Assembly (NCBI RefSeq): GCF_001949145.1
Contig: NW_019091356.1
Location: 1,987,667-2,051,666, forward strand
DNA length: 64,000 bases
Direction of reading: 5' to 3'
Source: Acanthaster planci
Taxonomy: Eukaryota
The stretch's first letter is position 1, and each line of letters opens with the position of its first letter. Under the pieces are notes generated by a model. That model made no database searches. It was not told where the DNA came from and worked only from the letters and a program-made list of their open reading frames with translations. A program made the position numbers and the translations under genes. Positions 25,103 through 36,629 of this stretch are shown one piece after another.

Positions 25103-27029
25103 TGATTATCTTTTGGCTTGCCAAATTTCATACACATTGTAAAATGAACTGCAAGGAAAAGCCTCACCCAGAAATCCAAGAAGAATATAAAGCTGATTTA
25201 ATGCTAAAGCATCCGTCGCCTTGGTGATGACTTGTGGCTCTCAGCCGTCGTTGCTAAATTCTCACAATGCGTCACATACCAATGTCCGCTTACTTCAACA
25301 ATCTCGTAATTTGCTGCTCTATCTTTGTGATTTTATCAGGCCTTTCTATAGAAAGGCCAGTTAAAAATTCGTTGTTTTCTTATACACGTCTCTCTGCACG
25401 GAAATCTTTAGTAAAAGGCGAAAGATTTATACGAATTGCAGAGAAACCCAAGATAACCCGTTTGATTGGATGGCCACCAAGCAGGCTCGCAAGTTCCTCA
25501 AGACACTCACGGTGGTTTCTTTCAAAACTAATAAGTCGACCTTGCGATGGGCGTTGATTAATGTATTCATTTTTTGCGTACCATATGCAAATTAAGTTCA
25601 ATCTAGTAGGTAGTGCGGAGCCCCGAAGTCTATTTTCAGCGTCATCTTTTGACTCCTGTCAAGACACTCCCCATCATACGATTGGCCTGAATTCGGTTGT
25701 GGAAACCAACTCGTCTTTCTATCCAGTGTAACGTAAGAGGCCTGTAAAATGAAGTGGATTGTGTCAGGTCCGAACAGAATGTATCATCGACACGTTCTGT
25801 GGTCTGTTTGTAGTTCAGTCGTTAATCTTATAACTTGCCAAATTCCCTTCGCATTGCAAACTGAACTGCAAGGAAAAGCCTCACCCAAAATTCCACGAAG
25901 AATATAAAGCCGACTTAATGCTAAAGCATCCGTCGCCTTGGCGATGACTTGTAGCTCTCAGCCGTCGTTACTAAATTCACACAAAGCGTCTCAAACCGAA
26001 GTCGAGTCCGCTTTCTTCAACGATCGCATATTTTGTTGCTCTGTCTTTGTGGTTTTATTAGGCCTTTTTATTGAAAGGCCAGTTAAAAATTCGTTGTTTT
26101 CTTATACACGTCTCTCTGCACGGAAATCTTTAGTAAAAGGCGAAAGATTTATACGAGTTGCAGAGAAACCCAAGATAACCCTTTAGATTGGATGGCCACC
26201 AAGCAGGCTCGCAAGTTCCTCAAGACACTCACGGTGGTTTCTTTCAAAACTAATAAGTCGACCTTGCGATGGGCGTTGATTAATGTATTCATTTTTTGCG
26301 TACCATATGCAAATTAAGTTCAGTCTAGTAGGTAGTGCAGAGCCCGGAAGTCTATTTTCAGCGTCATCTCTTGACTCCTGTCAAGACACTCCCATCATAC
26401 GATTGGCCTGAATTCGGTTGTGGAAACCAACTCGCCTGACTATCCAGTGTAAAGTAAGAGGCCTGTAACCTGAAGTGGATTGTGTCAGGTCCAAACAGAA
26501 TGTATCATCGACTCGTTCTGTCGTCTGTTTGTAGTTCAGTCGTTAATCTTATGATTATCTAATAACTTGCCAAATTCCCTTCGCATTGCAAACTGAACTG
26601 CAAGGAAAAGCCTCTCCAAAAAATCCACGAAGAATATAAAGCTGATTTAACGCTAAAAGCTTCCGTCACCTTGATGATGACTTTAATATTAAGATCTACA
26701 GCCGTTATTCCTAAATTCACGGAGTATGTACACTTACTTCTACAATCGCGTAATTCGTTGCTCTGTCTTTGTGGTTTTATTAGGCCTTTCTATAGAAAGG
26801 CCAGTTAAAAATTCGTTTTTTCTTATACACGTCTCTCTGCACGGAAATCTTTAGTAAAAGGCGAAAGATTTATACGAATTGCAGAGAAACCCAAGATAAC
26901 CTGTTCGATTGGATGGTCATCGAACACACTTGCAAGTTCCTCGAGACACTCACGGTGGTTTCTTTCAAGACTAATCAGTCAACCATGCGATGGGCGTCGC
27001 CTATACGTACCATATGCAAATGAAGTTCA
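25103..27029. repeat. Tandem segmental triplication, period ~722 bp (~2.7 copies)
   Basis: cttgccaaatt recurs at 25117, 25834, 26566; the central palindrome recurs at 25339, 26061, 26783; long near-identical blocks (tatacacgtctctctgcacggaaatctttagtaaaaggcgaaagattta). Confidence 0.93.
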
Positions 27030-27093
27030 CGCCACAAGATACTTTTTTCATGTAAACATATTTTTCTCCACGTGACTTGCAATTCTGTTGCAG

Positions 27094-27544
27094 GTAGCCC
27101 GCAAACTGTAGCGCGAGTTCATGTTCCCTGGTGCCCGGTCCAACTTGAAAACTGACATTCAGTATGAAAGAAGAGGAAGGCCGACAGTATCTCGCGTATT
27201 AGCTCAATGAAAGGCTCAAGTGTCTTGGCTAGTTGTTCGGTCAATCTGTTCCTCTGAAAGGTGAATGCATCAAGTGATTTTTTTAAACGACCATGTTCAG
27301 TGACTCATTGGGATTGAATTACAGATTCCTGCCACCTTTTGGTAAGTCCAATTTTTGGTTCAGTGTTAGCCCGAGGCACAGTGGGTCGCCTTTTTGCTGT
27401 CCAACGCACCATGGGCCTACTTCGTGTAATTTGCAGGCTGCGGCATTACGCGCATTATGAGTCCAGCAGAATGTCCAAATTGACCGTCATGCACGACGCC
27501 CAGACCTGAAGTGGTTTGATCCTAATATTCGTCCTGGGGATTAG
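27094..27544 (+). pseudogene. Decayed spliced gene remnant of unknown family
   Basis: Exon-like blocks 27094-27260, 27325-27341, 27437-27544 with good GT-AG sites; the splices preserve one frame that carries several in-frame stops. Confidence 0.3.
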
Positions 27545-27749
27545 AACGGGCAAATTCTACCCATGTAGTGGGAAAGTCGGTCCTGCAGATGGACAGCGAA
27601 AGGCCGCGAGCAATTGACCTCGTGGTATTTTGAATCGTTTTTGTATTGTGGGGGATGCCGCCATTTTTTTGCTTCTAGTCGGGTGCCTTAGCGATGGCAG
27701 GCCAGTATCAGTCTGAATGCAGTGGTTACCGTACCAGCGTGAAAAAGTA

Positions 27750-28096
27750 GGAAGCGACTTAATACTAGCCCGTGAAACCTGGTGCGCTACTTTTTTTCAG
27801 TAGCTGGGGTGATCAATGATTCATGAAGAGGGCACAATGCAATACACCATTTGAGACATTTCAAAAACGGAATCCATTACGTCGCTTCGATAGCTTAGTT
27901 GGTAGTGATTTGAACTACAGATCCATAGTCCCTGGTTCGAATCCGACCCATTTGTGCTATTCATTTTCCAATTTTATCATTGTGTTTCGGATTTCCTTTT
28001 TCAATTGATGCAGAAACAGAGTCCAAGCATGAACCCTCTAAGAGTCTTGAGAAAAATAGCAGACCAGGTTTTACGGGTTAGTATCTAGTCACTTCC
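27750..28096. mobile_element. Mutator-like MITE with ~46-bp TIRs and a 9-bp target-site duplication (TSD)
   Basis: Left ggaagcgacttaatactagcccgtgaaacctggtgcgctac vs reverse complement of right end ggaagtgactagatactaacccgtaaaacctggtctgctat; flanks gaaaaagta (27741-27749) and aaaaaagta (28097-28105), 8/9 identical. Confidence 0.75.
27884..27955 (+). pseudogene. Degenerate tRNA-like sequence (Tyr/Cys-like) inside the MITE
   Basis: cttcgatagcttagttggtag (tRNA-Tyr-like 5' end, A box), ct-aca-ga anticodon loop, ggttcgaatccg B box; D and acceptor stems are broken. Confidence 0.7.
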
Positions 28097-28296
28097 AAAA
28101 AAGTAGGCTTACTTAAAGGTCATGTAAATTTTGCAGCTCCATGTTGGGGAAGGGATCCGTAGGTCCCTTCCAGTCACGCTTTAAGCATTTGTATCTGTAA
28201 CAATAACATTTTAAAAGGCAAAAATGAGAACTTATAAGCTGGCTATGAAGTCTGGTACCTATGCATAACTATGGGAGGGGTCGAAGGAATACATTG

Positions 28297-28455
28297 TAAG
28301 CCTTATCGAAAATACTGCGTGGGTGATTAATTAAGCACAATGGTAGAAAGGCATCGTGGGAAGGAAAAAGGGGCTATGTTTGCTCCTTTTGCCTTCCCAC
28401 AATGCCTTTCTTCCATTGTGCAAAATCACCCATGCAGTGTTTGCGATAAAGCTTA
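28297..28455. repeat. ~160-bp fold-back palindrome (MITE-like)
   Basis: Arms taagccttatcgaaaatactgcgtgggtgatt..gcacaatggtagaaaggcatcgtgggaaggaaaaaggggc and gctccttttgccttcccacaatgcctttcttccattgtgc..aatcacccatgcagtgtttgcgataaagctta around a 7-nt loop (tatgttt). Confidence 0.9.
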
Positions 28456-30243
28456 TGACAGTCTCAAAGTAAATAAAAATAAGCAAAACAACTTCGGGGG
28501 ATTCATCATTTCGATCGTGGAGCCATTTAGTAGTTCCATGGTTGGAGCAAATTCATCGGCACGAACACTCGTTCACACTTCATTCACAATTAAAACGATT
28601 AGTACAATTGCAAATATATAATCTGAATATATTATCTTAACATTGCCACTATATACTTAATTATATTACAGTACAAGCCTACTCGCATTAATCAGTAAAA
28701 TAATCACTGCATACAAATATCTTCAACCACGGCACTTTGACACATACGACCAACGGTATCTTGGGTTGTAGGGTAACATGGTGAACATCCACTTTGTTGT
28801 GGATGGGGTGTAGGCCTATCCGTTAAATCGACAGGGTTGATATTTTTCAAAATGGCTTCACCAGGCTCAATGAACTAAATCCGCATTTTAATGCTCACTT
28901 CTGTTCTGGTGCAATATAATGTAAATCTGTCAATGCGATGTATCCAGTGAGTGCATCACTAGTGTCACTCGGTTGAGATACACTCATTTTTTTCTCTTTA
29001 TTGCAGCCAAACAACTTCTAAGATTCATTACAGGTTTACGGCAGCCACAAAAGTAAATAAGCCAAGATATCCTCTTTCCGACAAGGACTCAGATCATGCT
29101 TATTATTACAGTGACTCTGGGAAGAAAAATCTCAAGTGGTTTTTTTTTTCCGATGCGAATCCATTAACATTTGGTCGAGAGTCCTCCCTATAGCACCATT
29201 TTGAAACCGACTGCATATTTTTTTCAATAAAGGAACATATGTAGAAGTCACATGATGCAAAGTGGGAACCAGGCACTGGGAACTGGCACCAATGACACTT
29301 TGTTATTATTTCAGTCGTCCATAGACATCAGTATAATTACGTAATTAAGAGTGTTCATATTATATCATGTCCATTATTTCAGTGTGCACAATTATTATTA
29401 ACATTCATAACCCATGAAACCGTAATAGACATTATACTAACAGACGTTTATAGATTGAAAAATAAATCTATCGGCCTGTTTCCCAGAGGAATATATTGCA
29501 TACGAGTATATGACAATATAAGATACAGTATGATATAATCTCACAAATGCAAAGCAATTGATACATTTCAGTTTTTACAAGCAAGAAGCTAGGGCTTAGT
29601 CTTCTGTGTATTTACCGATATTAAATCTGCTTTTAACTGGTCTTTCATTATGGCCTACACCGTTCGCATTTCATATCTACTTACTGCGCACTTCATTCTG
29701 CTACATTCATTCATCTTTACTGCAATGTGCTTTTGATAAACATTCTTCACTTTTCTGTACTGTTTCTGTTGTCTGACACTGCGTTTAGGTATTAAGTGGT
29801 TGGCATTATGACGGCCTATTCGTCTTATCATCATTTTTGCAATGCATGCAATACGGGCCAACGGGTATACTGGCTATAATGAATATGCACAGAGCCAGCT
29901 GGTTCCCCGTTTTATACTCGTAATAGGCCTAATCGCTAGGTTGCCAGCTTATCCGTTTGAGGCCACTCCCTCTGCAAACTGGTGCATGGTACCAGCGTGA
30001 AACAGGAATATTGCCGTGTGATATCACAGTTTGTTATAGCTCCATATTCAAGCCTTTAAAACACTGCTCCCGCAAGACCACAAAGTGTACATGCAGACCT
30101 ACTAAGTAAGTATTGTGTGCCACTTCGAACCCAGTGCCCGAACAAAATACAAAAATTTCCAGCCTATTTTTAGCTCGAATGTTTGATAGACTTTGAAAGA
30201 AATTCGGGTGCATAAAGTCTAGAACCTAATATAAATCAATAAT

Positions 30244-33200
30244 CTACTTAGCCGAACCAACTTCTCTTTTGAGCTTCTCGATGGCTGGGTCGACTTTGTA
30301 TTCCTGGTTTAACGTCAGAAGCTGCGAACGAGGAGGGAAAAGAACCTTTTAATGTGTGGGTTGTTTCTGCGGCCGAATGTGAACACAGTCCAGTTAATCT
30401 GGAACATGGAACCCAGTATGGTCACCCGTCAATCGGGCTGTGAGCCAAATTCTGCTTCCTGTTTTTCTTCGAGGAGGGGCGGAAGGGGAAATTTATCGGT
30501 GGAGCTTTTCTTAAGAAGTTAACTTTAATGACATCGCATGCACCTTCTGTGAAGCGAAAGTCAAAACTTGCAGGATACCTTACCAACATGCATCTAATAC
30601 TCATAGAAACGAATGAAACACACAGAAAGCACTAGACACGTGATTTTCAATACTGATGTTGCCAAGCCAGCCCCAGCTGTAAACAGTTGGCCCTACGCTG
30701 AGTCCCTCAACCTCACGAGAAAAATGAAACTTGCTACAAAAAGATCATGTCGGGATCTTAATGTGACTAACCTTTTTTGATGTTTAGAAAATTTATTTAG
30801 ATATACAATAGGATCAACTGTCACCCTATTTAGAAGGAATTAGATGTGGACTCAGTGCAGCCCGGTCAGGTTTTTGTTTGGACTTGTTGAGTCTGCGTAA
30901 TGTAGCCAGGATTGTGTTTACACGAGGAGGCGGTCCAAAATGTCGCTCGGGTTCGTGAACTTTGCGCTGATTATTAACATGAAATATTGGCACATTGTCA
31001 GCTAGTGTAGAAAGGTCGCTCGCCATTATTTTTGGTTTCGAGTACATTTACCTGAAAGGTATCAGTCACTTTGTTTACACAAGGTGTGAACTTTCATAAT
31101 TGGCTAGGGCACTATTTCGTGCGTTGCCAGGATGGAGTGGCCAAAGTTCGCGCCAATTTTAATAAGTGCTCGGCCAAGGTCTATATCGCATAATATAAAC
31201 CGACAGCACTGGAAGCATAGATGCGTATTACTGAGCGTAATATTTCCATACTGCTGTTAGCCAATATATTTTGTTAAATAGGTAACTAATCAGCGGTGTA
31301 CATTTGAACTGGAATTTTAATGCAACTGCTATGGGACAACAAGGTTTCCCTCGTTTCCACAAGCAAAGCTCCAACTTAACGCGAAAATTCCAATTTGACT
31401 CTCTCTTCAGGAATATTTTCCGTCACATATCTTTTTTAGAAACAACAAAATGTTTATTTCAAGGAGTTCAGTAAGGAAAACAGCCCAAATATCTCGTGGA
31501 TGGCTTAATTCATTGCCAGCCTGTGATATTGGATTTGCTCTCCAAATAAATCAAATTGTCAAAACAAATTCACTGTGCTCATTGGAAACAAAGAATGCCA
31601 GGCCCGCCTGGTTATAAATCAGGGTTGTCTCGCCAGTTACCGTTTGCCTATAGATCCCTTCAACGTTTTCAGTGAGACAGACGACCGTTTCGTGGCAAAT
31701 GCTCCTCTCAAAATTCCATTCTGCAAGGTTCGACGTTGACAAGATATATGTATCTGACAGTCGCGTATGTCCTTCTCTTGCTGTCTTGAGATTACACTTC
31801 GCAGATGATGAGGTGATCGGTTATGGACTGTGAATCCCCTGGATTTTAGGGAAATCAGCAATGCCTTTGCGTGTAGGATGTCGGGTGGAGATTTCTTGTT
31901 CTTGTATTTGAACCGAGAGCCCGCCAGATTTTAAAGAATAGAATCGCCTCGAATAAACCGATCGGGTCGCATCCTTTATTCTGTCGCTAAGGGGAAAAGG
32001 CGCGAGTGTAATATAAGGTCAGTATTTGGTTGATGGACAGTAAGTGCTTTCGGTGATAATTACCTTTTGTGGCTCTGCTGGGTTGACCCTCTCCCACGGT
32101 CTTGGATTGGATCTCTTGAACAACCTTTAAAAAAATAACGTCAGAGTGGAAAGTGCAAGTAGTTGAGAAGGTAACGCTTTGGAAAAGGGGCACCCCCGAG
32201 TGTCAGATTTTAGCCGACAATCATTTCTTCTCGGTCTGTGTTTGAGAACTTGAACGCCATGAATAATGCAAACATCACCTATTTGCACATTAGAAAGGCA
32301 GCCTAAAAATTCAAACCAGACCAGAGGACTGTTTGGGAAAGAAGACATAAATATTTCGGTGAAAACCGAAACAAAACAGAGAAGAGTCCCTTGCCCTGCG
32401 AGATTATGAAGGCATTTGAACAGTAATCTCCAATTTTTGATGCATTTTAGACTTACGCTACGTCGGTCTTCTTCAAGATGCTGAACATGCTGAAGCTTGT
32501 TGCTAGGACCATGACAGTCCCAGTGATGACGACTAGCGGTGTCAGCTATAGCGGCGGGAAAGAAGAGATAACACAATCAGAGAGGGAAGAACCAATTTAT
32601 GATATTTCACCATCAGATTCCTTGATTACCCCCTGAGGGCTCGTCTAAAACTATGAACAAACACAGCTCACATCTGTGAATATTTGGGGACGTCTTGGTT
32701 TCTGAATAGGCCTAGATGTAAACATTTTTTTCAAAGTCAACATGTAAAAATGGAAGTATAAACGGCAATGCGAGGAATCATGTCAGTTTTGCGTGTTGTG
32801 CAAACAAACACCAACCAACAATAATTTTGACTTCGTGTGGGCGGTCTAGCAAACCGAAATCGGACAAAGTAGTGGAAATGAGAAGAAATTTGTATGTGCT
32901 GAAAATACATCAGCCTTGGATGCAACAACTTGAATGACATAAGTCGTAGTCGACATTGGAACGCCATTCACTACAAGCGGCGATGCTGGCGATACTTTCA
33001 AGGCCCTCTTGCGAGGTGATGAAGCGTTTTCTATAACCTAAACGAGTTTACTGATTCTCCCATTGGCCGGCTGCGTGATCGTTACAGTGTGCAGAGCCAA
33101 ACAACATGAACCCATGGGTGGGATTTGCTGAATGACTCACTCTGACAATGTTCTCAGTTTGGAAAGAGCGCTGCGCATATTTTATGAGCAAAATGCTTAT

Positions 33201-33754
33201 TGATATTCCTAGTCGAAAGGTAATGCATGTTGTAACACGTAATCACGCAGGAATTCAACATCGAACAGACAATCTTTTAATATCTCCCTTTCTGATAAGC
33301 TTAGCACTATTGTTGCCTCCTTGGAATGGGTTGATCCAAGCTTTATTTTCAGAATGTTATAAAAGCTCGTACTGGGTGACGCTGCCTTGGCCATTGTTTT
33401 GAATAGCTTGATCATGCGTGGTGAATTTTTGTTTAAAAAAAGATGCAAATACAATTTCACTCTGTTTGGTTTAGATTGTTTCGGTTTAGTCTCTTTGTTT
33501 GTAACTACATTGGCTCAATTCGTGACACTTTCCATTTCAGCCTTTTCCCCGAAACTATTTCACTACAATTATATTGACGACTCTGAGCATGTAAAACATT
33601 TGTGAATCAAATTACAGAATGTACATGTATAGAGTACTTTTAGTTTACAAACCGAAAGGTGTGTAGGCCTACATGAAATCGTGGGGTATATTACCTCATA
33701 ATTGGCTCTCCCGAGTCTTGCCAGAATCCCTTTGCCTCCAATTCCGTGTCCCAT
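30244..33754 (-). CDS. C15orf48: NDUFA4/B12D-family microprotein, C15orf48 (NMES1/MOCCI/COXFA4L3)-like, 95 aa
   Basis: Coding exons 33754-33695 (60 nt), 32545-32457 (89), 32124-32064 (61), 30321-30244 (78); all GT-AG, total 288 nt. Protein MGHGIGGKGILARLGRANYELTPLVVITGTVMVLATSFSMFSILKKTDVALFKRSNPRPWERVNPAEPQKLLTLNQEYKVDPAIEKLKREVGSAK aligns by eye to human C15orf48 ([38 protein letters not shown]). An acceptor at 33761-33762 implies an upstream non-coding exon. Confidence 0.9.
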
Positions 33755-36091
33755 AGTTATCTGAGAGGGAAAAAAATAAATGAGTTTATGAAAATGTCAG
33801 ACGCACTTTGAAGTCAAGGTCAATTTCTCCTCTGCTAATTCAATTAGCAACCCCACAAAATAGATAGCAAGGGTCAAGAAATTAGAATGGGACATCGCAT
33901 CGACGACTAGTCGGCAAGTTTAATTCCCAGACGTAGTCATGTGTATTTCTGCTCTTGACCGTGGAGGATCAGAAAAAAGTGTATCAATGTCATTAACGCG
34001 CTTGGTTGATGATCAGAGGTGTTACCTTAAAACCTGCTTTGCCTCGGGGCAAAATATAGCCTTACGTGGCATTACATGGCCCTGCATGCGGTGGGAAATT
34101 AAATCCGCTGCCGTATTCTTAAGACAAGAATACTTGCGGTGAAAATCAAGTTAAGCGGCGAGAATCATCGAGACCCAATTGGGTGCATGTCGGGTTTTAA
34201 GATTGGAATATTGATCTCCAGTCCCGATATAATTGCAGTAAGGGTCATCTGTTACCTTCACTGCAGCTGTGTGTTTATCGAATTCTTTGGCCCTACCTGT
34301 TAAAAAAAAACAGAAGCACGGCTGGCCACGCTGGCGATTCTGCCCGTTGGTCTCACACCTGCCCACAATCATATCACTGCTGATAACCCGAACCTTTTGT
34401 AGCTAAATTCGATAAACTGTTAATCATAGTATATATTTCTTTTTTGCTTTGTGCTTTGGTTGCGTGGCCTACGTGACCAAAGAATGAAAACGCAACCAGC
34501 AACTTTTAATGACGGTGTCAGTAATGTCACGCATCGTTTTCTCTCTTTCACAATTGATAAAAGTAACACATTCACGGAATCTTTCGTTTTTTCATTTGCC
34601 AAAAACGCGTGGGCGATGCATGCAGTCTGGCTCCAGGCCGAAGGCCAGATTTGTCTTTGAAAACTTCCCAGAGTAAACGGTGGCGTTAATGCAGGGGGGT
34701 CTATTTATAATGGAATAACATAATGCAGACATACCACAATAATTATGAGGCCTATTCCAGTTAAAAAAAAAACAACAACCCCACACAAGGCGTTTCTTTG
34801 TGCTGTAAAAATAGGTCAGTGTTAATTTTCAATGTCGTTCAACACTGTAAGTTTTTACTCTTGTCTGTATATGGTAATGATTTTTATCCGCTGTTTTCTT
34901 TCTGCCATGTTTGAGACATAATTTTAATCGTGCATCGGCGGAGTCCATTAGGCCTACCCCATTGGAACTGCACTTAAATGATTGATGAACGATGCTGTGA
35001 AAGTGGCACGATGGGGTGTCCCACTATTGAAGACTCGTTCACCGTCTGAGCTAAAATTCAAAATCAAAGGAGCTCCCAGATGTCAATTGTCGCGAGTGCT
35101 TCTCTCACAATACTCTCTCCCAGCCGCAATTTGTGCACATTGTTAAAACGGCCTGATGAAAGGAAAGGTGCATGTCCGCGATGGTCAGATTTGATAGACT
35201 TTTTGAATATTGTTTTTCTGGAAGGATACCCCTCCCCAGTACGCAGGAAACATTTCCTTCATAAAAACCAGTCCTGGGTATGTTTAATTTTTAGGTTTAA
35301 TTTAGGGAAGTGGCACTTTGTATGGGTCCTTTGTCGGCATGGTGCACACAAAATACGCACTGTACGTTATGCAGGCAAGTGCACTGCCCCAATTTTTCAA
35401 GCGCACACGCGAAGGCTAAACCGGCGTCATGCCAAGTTCGTGGTCAGGGTTCTAGGTGCGTACGTGCCGTACAGAACTGGGGAAAAGTGACTCAACAAAT
35501 TAAGTGTTTTTACACGGAGCTGATAATCGACGTATTTTCCTACCAAAGTGGACGACTGAAATGCCAGAGACTGTCGGTTAGAAGCTGAAACACAATCATT
35601 GGTTACTAACCGATTAAAAATGTTTGCCAATGCGTGGGGATACGGCTGTCATGACGACTGACGCGTTCTTTGCTATTGACCAGGCAGACGAATGATTTTC
35701 TTGTTCAAGGAGGTCCCAACTATTCAATTTTCCCGATTCTTATAATTGTCAACGAGCAGAGCGACGCGTGGATAGGGAGATCTGTCACTGGAAAGTGATT
35801 CTTATCCAAAGAACTTGATTTCTCTTCAACCGAACTCAAGAGAAATCAATTTGCGTATTTGGGCGCTCGAAACAAAACGGAGAATATAGCCCCACGGCTG
35901 TTTCCGGTTTCTGGTGGTTAACGAGATGAGTCGGCTCACCGAAACTGGCGGCTCACTCGGAACGTAATCGCATTGTCGTACTCCTTACTTAGGCAAGAGC
36001 AATTCCGGGGTTATTGAACAGTCCTAAGATGACAAGGTAATGTTTTTGATGTAAATATAGATTATTTCGCGTTTTGTTTTCCTTTCTTCAG

Positions 36092-36629
36092 TAGACAACC
36101 AGTCACTGCCGTTACATGCAGACCAAATCATTTCTCCCCGGCATGCATTTCTGGAGGCTGTTTGCATCTCTGCGTTAAAAAATTAATGACGCATGGTTCC
36201 TGTTTTCTGTTTGATGTTAAAATTAAAATGGAAAATCTCGTATTTATTTAAGCTCACTTCTGATCTTGTGTGCGTGTCTGCGCCGCAAAGAGGCCTTGCC
36301 AATTTGCACTCAAACGAGTCAGTGTTCGGTAAAAATGTATCTGCTACAATCAGTGCGGCAAATAAATAATACATCTGTACATGAGCTAGGACCCCCCACC
36401 CACACATAACCCCGTGACATGCAGGCAAGCCATTTTATTTCTCCGGGATATATTCATGTTTCAGCAGGTATCCCTCTCGGCCACAGTACGAACTGTCTTG
36501 CATCGAAGACCGACTCGGTTGTAAATTGGTGCTTCCGATGTTGAGCGTGAGCGCTCGATCGTATACTACCCGGGTGCTACGACTGTGACGTACTCGTGCG
36601 CATGTGGACGAGGACAGTGCGGCGGATAA
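36092..36629 (+). pseudogene. Possible frameshifted cystine-knot (TGF-beta-like) relic
   Basis: IISP-x7-CLHLC (needs a 1-nt frameshift) and C-x33-CAC near the stop (needs a second frameshift), each downstream of an acceptor-like site. Confidence 0.25.

Noticed and set aside
27884..27955. Functional tRNA gene
   Set aside because: The acceptor and D stems do not pair and it sits inside TIRs; kept only as a tRNA-derived relic.
28460..30243. miR-147/miR-210-like microRNA in the C15orf48-like 3'UTR
   Set aside because: By eye I found no match to the GUGUGCG or UGUGCGU seeds on the minus strand and no pre-miRNA-sized hairpin; small-RNA data would be needed.
32127..32576. 149-aa minus-strand ORF from the ORF track as a gene
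   Set aside because: It overlaps the real 89-nt exon in a different frame and runs through intron sequence.
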